Below are positions 1 to 8,300 of a DNA stretch of 64,000 nucleotides, piece by piece. The stretch's first letter is position 1; every line of letters begins with the position of its first letter. Under the pieces are notes generated by a model, which made no database searches, had not been told where the DNA came from, and was given only the letters and a program-made list of their open reading frames with translations. The position numbers were made by a program, and so were the translations under genes. The stretch is from Bugula neritina (taxonomy: Eukaryota; Animalia; Bryozoa), in assembly GCA_964035545.1 (NCBI GenBank), contig CAXIUT010000073.1, forward strand, positions 310,001 to 374,000, read 5' to 3'.

Positions 1-378
1 ACACCAGTGCTTAAATACTGTGTTAACTGTATTGGCACGTTGCCATGAGATATTTGGTAATATTTAGCATCACAACATACTCTTCAGAAAGTTAAGAAAA
101 TCAGTCTATAGAAAGTTAATGAAATAAACCTACCAGAGAGAGTAAGCCAGATGTGACAAGTAGATCCAAAACAAGTTGATTGACAATTGAAGTTGAATTC
201 TCCATGTAGTGAATACTTTAGTCCTAATGTCAAATGCAAACGTCTGCAACCAAATTGTGTAGACTTCATGAGCTGGTTAGCTGACAGGACTCATTAAAGT
301 TCTTAACTCTTGTGTGTATAGTGATGCCCATCTTGAACTAGAGAGGGCTGACTGAAGACTGCTACTTTGTGAAAATTG

Positions 379-449
379 ACAATGCATATTATTATTATTC
401 ATTGTTGAGATTCACGACTGCCATAAACAATGATAAAATATTCATTGTT
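379..449. repeat. Nested inverted repeat (~70 nt) with four ACAATG/CATTGT half-sites, one per monomer
   Basis: ACAATG 379-384, TCATTGTT 399-406, AACAATGA 426-433, TCATTGTT 442-449. A 12-bp direct repeat TATTCATTGTTG lies at 396-407 and 439-450. Confidence 0.8.
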
Positions 450-462
450 GGTACTACTGAGT

Positions 463-490
463 AGAATAAAATATAATATAATATTATTCT
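463..490. repeat. AT-rich inverted repeat AGAATAA-(A/T)14-TTATTCT; site of the +TA length variant
   Basis: Perfect 7-bp arms flank AATATAATATAATA. Units 2, 7, 11 and 14 carry an extra TA (1348-bp monomers). Confidence 0.7.
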
Positions 491-880
491 CTGGACAGAT
501 AAACAATATCAAATGCATAATATAACATTACCATAAATCTACGGCGCTTCACATCTTCACCTTTTTCTGCAATGTTATTTCTTTGCAGTTAGAAGTACTA
601 GCTGAATATATGACTATGAAACATAACCCTTCAATTTCATTGCACCAGCACCGATTTCAATATAGGTGTGTTGGGAGTTATCTTTCCTAAATGTTTGTTC
701 TTGGTGTTTATACGAAGCAGACACAGGCTAATATTAGTTTTGTTATTTGCAAGAGTTTTTCTGTCTGATTGTCCATCAGCAAAAGTTTGCGCCTTGCAGT
801 TATTATGGAAATACCAGTGATGCTGGAAGACCTTTGCATTGTACACCCGCCTTTACTATTGAATTTAGATGTTTTATTTT

Positions 881-909
881 CCCATCCCCTCTCCTGCCCC
901 CCTGTCCCC
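881..909 (-). other. Canonical G-quadruplex motif (i-motif on + strand), one per monomer
   Basis: The minus strand reads GGGG-ACA-GGGGGG-CAGGAGA-GGGG-AT-GGG, matching G3+N1-7 x4. It is the only strongly GC-skewed patch in the monomer. Actual folding is not demonstrated. Confidence 0.75.
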
Positions 910-927
910 TCTAACAACCAGCAATCC

Positions 928-1192
928 TGACTCATGTGAAATGTGTTATTAAGTTTTAGAGTTGGACCATGGGCCTACAGTATACGATTTGAAGCTTTAT
1001 AGTTTACAGGCAGTGGAGATGAGTCACTGCTGAAACCCATTTTATTAGTAGACTATATTGCTCTTTAATCATCAGTTTGCATATTAAAACAGAAAGCTCA
1101 TCTGCAGCGCCATTTCGCAGTGTTAAATTTTGCTAGAGTAAAAATTAATTTTAGATGCCTTTGCAAACATATGAGAAATAAATGAGTCATTT
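928..1192. promoter_or_regulatory. Cluster of three perfect AP-1/TRE heptamers (TGASTCA), one cluster per monomer
   Basis: TGACTCA at 928-934, TGAGTCA at 1020-1026 and TGAGTCA at 1183-1189, the last within the palindrome AAATGAGTCATTT (1180-1192). The motifs are directly visible; function is inferred. Confidence 0.45.
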
Positions 1193-4100
1193 TATGAAAA
1201 GAGGTGTTTGCAGCAGTTGTCCACTTTTGATTTAGACGCGTCATGGAAACTTTTGTAGTTTTAAATAATATCTCCAAACTCATCACTTGCATGTGTTTAT
1301 ATACTTGATAAAGTTTTTCATGCAAAACTTGATGCCTGCTTCAAAGACACCAGTGCTTAAATACTGTGTTAACTGTATTGGCACGTTGCCATGAGATATT
1401 TGGTAATATTTAGCATCACAACATACTCTTCAGAAAGTTAAGAAAATCAGTCTATAGGAAGTTAATAAAATAAACCTACCAGAGAGAGTAAGCCAGATGT
1501 AACAAGTAGATCCAAAACAAGTTGATTAACAATTGAAGTTGAATTCTCCATGTAGTGAATACTTTAGTCCTAATGTCAACTGCAAACGTCTGCAACCAAA
1601 TTGTGTAGACTTCATGAGCTGGTTAGCTGACAGGACTCATTAAAGTTCTTAACTCTTGTGTGTATAGTGATGCCCATCTTGAACTAGAGAGGGCTGACTG
1701 AAGACTGCTACTTTGTGAAAATTGACAATGCGTATTATTATTATTCATTGTTGAGATTCACGACTGCCATAAACAATGATAAAATATTCATTGTTGGTAC
1801 TACTGAGTAGAATAAAATATATAATATAATATTATTCTCTGGACAGATAAACAATATCAAATGCATAATATAACATTACCATAAATCTACGGCGCTTCAC
1901 ATCTTCACCTTTTTCTGCAATGTTATTTCTTTGCAGTTAGAAGTACTAGCTGAATATATGACTATGAAACATAACCCTTCAATTTCATTGCACCAGCACC
2001 GATTTCAATGTAGGTGTGTTGGGAGTTATCTTTCCTAAAGTTTTGTTCTTGGTGTTTATACGAAGCAGACACAGGCTAATATTAGTTTTGTTATTTGCAA
2101 GAGTTTTTCTGTCTGATTGTCCATCAGCAAAAGTTTGCGCCTTGCAGTTATTATGGAAATACCAGTGATGCTGGAAGACCTTTGCATTGTACACCCGCCT
2201 TTACTATTGAATTTAGATGTTTTATTTTCCCATCCCCTCTCCTGCCCCCCTGTCCCCTCTAACAACCAGCAATCCTGACTCATGTGAAATGTGTTATTAA
2301 GTTTTAGAGTTGGACCATGGGCCTACAGTATACGATTTGAAGCTTTATAGTTTACAGGCAGTGGAGATGAGTCACTGCTGAAACCCATTTTATTAGTAGA
2401 CTATATTGCTCTTTAATCATCAGTTTGCATATTAAAACAGAAAGCTCATCTGCAGCGCCATTTCGCAGTGTTAAATTTTGCTAGAGTAAAAATTAATTTT
2501 AGATGCCTTTGCAAACATATGAGAAATAATTGAGTCATTTTATGAAAAGAGGTGTTTGCAGCAGTTGTCCACTTTTGATTTAGACGCGTCATGGAAACTT
2601 TTGTAGTTTTAAATAATATCTCCAAACTCATCACTTGCATGTGTTTATATACTTGATAAAGTTTTTCATGCAAAACTTGATGCCTTCTTCAAAGACACCA
2701 GTGCTTAAATACTGTGTTAACTGTATTGGCACGTTGCCATGAGATATTTGGTAATATTTAGCATCACAACATACTCTTCAGAAAGTTAAGAAAATCAGTC
2801 TATAGGAAGTCAATGAAATAAACCTACCAGAGAGAGTAAGCCAGATGTAACAAGTAGATCCAAAACAAGTTGATTAACAATTGAAGTTGAATTCTCCATG
2901 TAGTGAATACTTTAGTCCTAATGTCAAATGCAAACGTCTGCAACCAAATTGTGTAGACTTCATGAGCTGGTTAGCTGACAGGACTCATTAAAGTTCTTAA
3001 CTCTTGTGTGTATAGTGATGCCCATCTTGAACTAGAGAGGGCTGACTGAAGACTGCTACTTTGTGAAAATTGACAATGCATATTATTATTATTCATTGTT
3101 GAGATTCACGACTGCCATAAACAATGATAAAATATTCATTGTTGGTACTACTGAGTAGAATAAAATATAATATAATATTATTCTCTGGACAGATAAACAA
3201 TATCAAATGCATAATATAACATTACCATAAATCTACGGCGCTTCACATCTTCACCTTTTTCTGCAATGTTATTTCTTTGCAGTTAGAAGTACTAGCTGAA
3301 TATATGACTATGAAACATAACCCTTCAATTTCATTGCACCAGCACCGATTTCAATATAGGTGTGTTGGGAGTTATCTTTCCTAAATTTTTGTTCTTGGCA
3401 ATTATACGAAACAGACACAGGCCAATATTAGTTTTGTTATTTGCAAGAGTTTTTCTGTCTGATTGTCCATCAGCAAAAGTTTGCGCCTTCCCGTTATTAT
3501 GGAAATTCCAGTGCTGCTGGAAGACCTTTGCATTGTACACCCGCCTTTACTATTGAATTTAGATGTTTTATTTTCCCATCCCCTCTCCTGCCCCCCTGTC
3601 CCCTCTAACAACCAGCAATCCTGACTCATGCGAAATGTGTCATTAAGTTTTAGAGTTGGACCATGGGCCGACAGTATACGATTTGAAGCTTTATAGTTTA
3701 CAGGCAGTGGAGATGAGTCACTGCTGAAACCCATTTTATTAGTAGACTATATTGCTCTTCAATCATCAGTTTTCATATTCAAAGAGAAAGCTCATCTGCA
3801 GCGCCATTTCACAGTGTTATATTTTGCTAGAGTAATAACTAATTTTAGATGCCTTTGCAAACATATGAGAAATAAATGAGTCATTTTATGAAAAGAGGTG
3901 TTTGCAGCAGTTGTCCACTTTTGATTTAGACGCGTCATGGAAACTTTTGTAGTTTTAAATAATATCTCCAAACTCATCACTTGCATGTGTTTATATACTT
4001 GATAAAGTTTTTCATGCAAAACTTGATGCCTGCTTCAAAGACACCAGTGCTTAAATACTGCGTTAACTGTATTGGCACGTTGCCATGAGATATTTGGTAA

Positions 4101-5386
4101 TATTTAGCATCACAACATACTCTTCAGAAAGTTAAGAAAATCAGTCTATAGAAAGTTAATTAAATAAACCTACCAGAGAGAGTAAGCCAGATGTAACAAG
4201 TAGATCCAAAACAAGTTGATTGACAATTGAAGTTGAATTCTCCATGTAGTGAATACTTTAGTCCTAATGTCAAATGCAAACGTCTGCAACCAAATTGTGT
4301 AGACTTCATGAGCTGGTTAGCTGACAGGACTCATTAAAGTTCTTAACTCTTGTGTGTATAGTGATGCCCATCTTGAACTAGAGAGGGCTGACTGAAGACT
4401 GCTACTTTGTGAAAATTGACAATGCATATTATTATTATTCATTGTTGAGATTCACGACTGCCATAAACAATGATAAAATATTCATTGTTGGTACTACTGA
4501 GTAGAATAAAATATAATATAATATTATTCTCTGGACAGATAAACAATATCAAATGCATATTATAACATTACCATAAATCTATGGCGCTTCACATCTTCAC
4601 CTTTTTCTGCAATGTTATTTCTTTGCAGTTAGAAGTACTAGCTGAATATATGACTATGAAACATAACCCTTCAATTTCATTGCACCAGCACCGATTTCAA
4701 TATAGGTGTGTTGGGAGTTATCTTTCCTAAATTTTTGTTCTTGGCAATTATACGAAACAGACACAGGCTAATATTAGTTTTGTTATTTGCAAGAGTTTTT
4801 CTGTCTGATTGTCCATCAGCAAAAGTTTGCGCCTTCCCGTTATTATGGAAATTCCAGTGCTGCTGGAAGACCTTTGCATTGTACACCCGCCTTTACTATT
4901 GAATTTAGATGTTTTATTTTCCCATCCCCTCTCCTGCCCCCCTGTCCCCTCTAACAACCAGCAATCCTGACTCATGCGAAATGTGTTATTAAGTTTTAGA
5001 GTTGGACCATGGGCCGACAGTATACGATTTGAAGCTTTATAGTTTACAGGCACTGGAGATGAGTCACTGCTGAAACCCATTTTATTAGTAGACTATATTG
5101 CTCTTCAATCATCAGTTTTCATATTCAAAGAGAAAACTCATCTGCAGCGCCATTTCACAGTGTTATATTTTGCTAGAGTAATAACTAATTTTAGATGCCT
5201 TTGCAAACATATGAGAAATAATTGAGTCATTTTATGAAAAGAGGTGTTTGCAGCAGTTGTCCACTTTTGATTTAGACGCGTCATGGAAACTTTTGTAGTT
5301 TTAAATAATATCTCCAAACTCATCACTTGCATGTGTTTATATACTTGATAAAGTTTTTCATGCAAAACTTGATGCCTGCTTCAAAG

Positions 5387-8300
5387 ACACCAGTGCTTAA
5401 ATACTGTGTTAACTGTATTGGCACGTTGCCATGAGATATTTGGTAATATTTAGCATCACAACATACTCTTCAGAAAGTTAAGAAAATCAGTCTATAGAAA
5501 GTTAATGAAATAAACCTACCAGAGAGAGTAAGCCAGATGTAACAAGTAGATCCAAAACAAGTTGATTAACAATTGAAGTTGAATTCTCCATGTAGTGAAT
5601 ACTTTAGTCCTAATGTCAAATGCAAACGTCTGCAACCAAATTGTGTAGACTTCATGAGCTGGTTAGCTGACAGGACTCATTAAAGTTCTTAACTCTTGTG
5701 TGTATAGTGATGCCCATCTTGAACTAGAGAGGGCTGACTGAAGACTGCTACTTTGTGAAAATTGACAATGCATATTATTATTATTCATTGTTGAGATTCA
5801 CGACTGCCATAAACAATGATAAAATATTCATTGTTGGTACTACTGAGTAGAATAAAATATAATATAATATTATTCTCTGGACAGATAAACAATATCAAAT
5901 GCATATTATAACATTACCATAAATCTACGGCGCTTCACATCTTCACCTTTTTCTGCAATGTTATTTCTTTGCAGTTAGAAGTACTAGCTGAATATATGAC
6001 TATGAAACATAACCCTTCAATTTCATTGCACCAGCACCGATTTCAATATAGGTGTGTTGGGAGTTATCTTTCCTAAAGTTTTGTTCTTGGCGTTTATACG
6101 AAGCAGACACAGGCTAATATTAGTTTTGTTATTTGCAAGAGTTTTTCTGTCTGATTGTCCATCAGCAAAAGTTTGCGCCTTGCAGTTATTATGGAAATAC
6201 CAGTGATGCTGGAAGACCTTTGCATTGTACACCCGCCTTTACTATTGAATTTAGATGTTTTATTTTCCCATCCCCTCTCCTGCCCCCCTGTCCCCTCTAA
6301 CAACCAGCAATCCTGACTCATGCGAAATGTGTCATTAAGTTTTAGAGTTGGACCATGGGCCGACAGTATACGATTTGAAGCTTTATAGTTTACAGGCAGT
6401 GGAGATGAGTCACTGCTGAAACCCATTTTATTAGTAGACTATATTGCTCTTCAATCATCAGTTTGCATATTAAAACAGAAAGCTCATCTGCAGCGCCATT
6501 TCACAGTGTTAAATTTTGCTAGAGTAAAAATTAATTTTAGATGCCTTTGCAAACATATGAGAAATAAATGAGTCATTTTATGAAAAGAGGTGTTTGCAGC
6601 AGTTGTCCACTTTTGATTTAGACGCGTCATGGAAACTTATGTAGTTTTAAATAATATCTCCAAACTCATCACTTGCATGTGTTTATATACTTGATAAAGT
6701 TTTTCATGCAAAACTTGATGCCTGCTTCAAAGACACCAGTGCTTAAATACTGTGTTAACTGTATTGGCACGTTGCCATGAGATATTTGGTAATATTTAGC
6801 ATCACAACATACTCTTCAGAAAGTTAAGAAAATCAGTCTATAGAAAGTTAATGAAATAAACCTACCAGAGAGAGTAAGCCAGATGTAACAAGTAGATCCA
6901 AAACAAGTTGATTGACAATTGAAGTTGAATTCTCCATGTAGTGAATACTTTAGTCCTAATGTCAAATGCAAACGTCTGCAACCAAATTGTGTAGACTTCA
7001 TGAGCTGGTTAGCTGACAGGACTCATTAAAGTTCTTAACTCTTGTGTGTATAGTGATGCCCATCTTGAACTAGAGAGGGCTGACTGAAGACTGCTACTTT
7101 GTGAAAATTGACAATGCATATTATTATTATTCATTGTTGAGATTCACGACTGCCATAAACAATGATAAAATATTCATTGTTGGTACTACTGAGTAGAATA
7201 AAATATAATATAATATTATTCTCTGGACAGATAAACAATATCAAATGCATAATATAACATTACCATAAATCTACGGCGCTTCACATCTTCACCTTTTTCT
7301 GCAATGTTATTTCTTTGCAGTTAGAAGTACTAGCTGAATATATGACTATGAAACATAACCCTTCAATTTCATTGCACCAGCACCGATTTCAATATAGGTG
7401 TGTTGGGAGTTATCTTTCCTAAAGTTTTGTTCTTGGTGTTTATACGAAGCAGACACAGGCTAATATTAGTTTTGTTATTTGCAAGAGTTTTTCTGTCTGA
7501 TTGTCCATCAGCAAAAGTTTGCGCCTTGCAGTTATTATGGAAATACCAGTGATGCTGGAAGACCTTTGCATTGTACACCCGCCTTTACTATTGAATTTAG
7601 ATGTTTTATTTTCCCATCCCCTCTCCTGCCCCCCTGTCCCCTCTAACAACCAGCAATCCTGACTCATGTGAAATGTGTTATTAAGTTTTAGAGTTGGACC
7701 ATGGGCCTACAGTATACGATTTGAAGCTTTATAGTTTACAGGCAGTGGAGATGAGTCACTGCTGAAACCCATTTTATTAGTAGACTATATTGCTCTTTAA
7801 TCATCAGTTTGCATATTAAAACAGAAAGCTCATCTGCAGCGCCATTTCGCAGTGTTAAATTTTGCTAGAGTAAAAATTAATTTTAGATGCCTTTGCAAAC
7901 ATATGAGAAATAAATGAGTCATTTTATGAAAAGAGGTGTTTGCAGCAGTTGTCCACTTTTGATTTAGACGCGTCATGGAAACTTTTGTAGTTTTAAATAA
8001 TATCTCCAAACTCATCACTTGCATGTGTTTATATACTTGATAAAGTTTTTCATGCAAAACTTGATGCCTGCTTCAAAGACACCAGTGCTTAAATACTGTG
8101 TTAACTGTATTGGCACGTTGCCATGAGATATTTGGTAATATTTAGCATCACAACATACTCTTCAGAAAGTTAAGAAAATCAGTCTATAGGAAGTTAATAA
8201 AATAAACCTACCAGAGAGAGTAAGCCAGATGTAACAAGTAGATCCAAAACAAGTTGATTAACAATTGAAGTTGAATTCTCCATGTAGTGAATACTTTAGT

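Larger units (their letters stand above)
1..1346. repeat. Representative monomer (unit 1, 1346 bp); non-coding, AT-rich, complex (not built from a short sub-repeat)
   Basis: ACACCAGTGCTTAAATAC restarts at 1347. No internal periodicity was seen by eye. Confidence 0.97.

Noticed and set aside
321-355. C/D snoRNA (GTGATGC ... CTGACTGA); also a perfect minus-strand C box at 1280-1286
   Set aside because: The first is only ~35 nt with an imperfect C box. The second has no D box within ~200 nt and no terminal stem.
638-675. miR-92/25-like seed (CATTGCAC); miR-430/427-type cluster hypothesis
   Set aside because: The seed is not on the arm of a good hairpin. No AAGTGC seed was seen on either strand.
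761-835. 5S rRNA-like fragments (GTCTGAT ... GGAAATACCAGTGATGCTG)
   Set aside because: Only short word matches with wrong spacing. There is no box A/box C internal control region and no 120-nt GC-rich body.
1010-1030. Short hairpin GCAGTG-N9-CACTGC as a terminator or ncRNA
   Set aside because: A 6-bp stem is expected by chance, has no U-tract directly after it, and is broken by a variant in units 4 and 19.
1040-1060. Resemblance to the kinetoplastid spliced-leader exon (TATTAG...ACTATATTG); the repeat length is also similar to SL arrays
   Set aside because: It lacks the AACTAA 5' end, the CAGTTTCTGT core, the GT donor after TATTG and the downstream poly-T tract.
1113-1130. CENP-B box
   Set aside because: TTCG is present only in some copies and is not followed by the A..CGGG part of the motif.
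84-1325. Repeated short ORFs (61, 64, 70, 75 and 110 aa) as real genes
   Set aside because: They have no recognisable domains and overlap in conflicting frames. Single SNPs open or close them: the 61-aa ORF is in only 8 copies, MHEK is lost in units 5, 8, 9 and 12, and the 110-aa form is often truncated to 75 aa.
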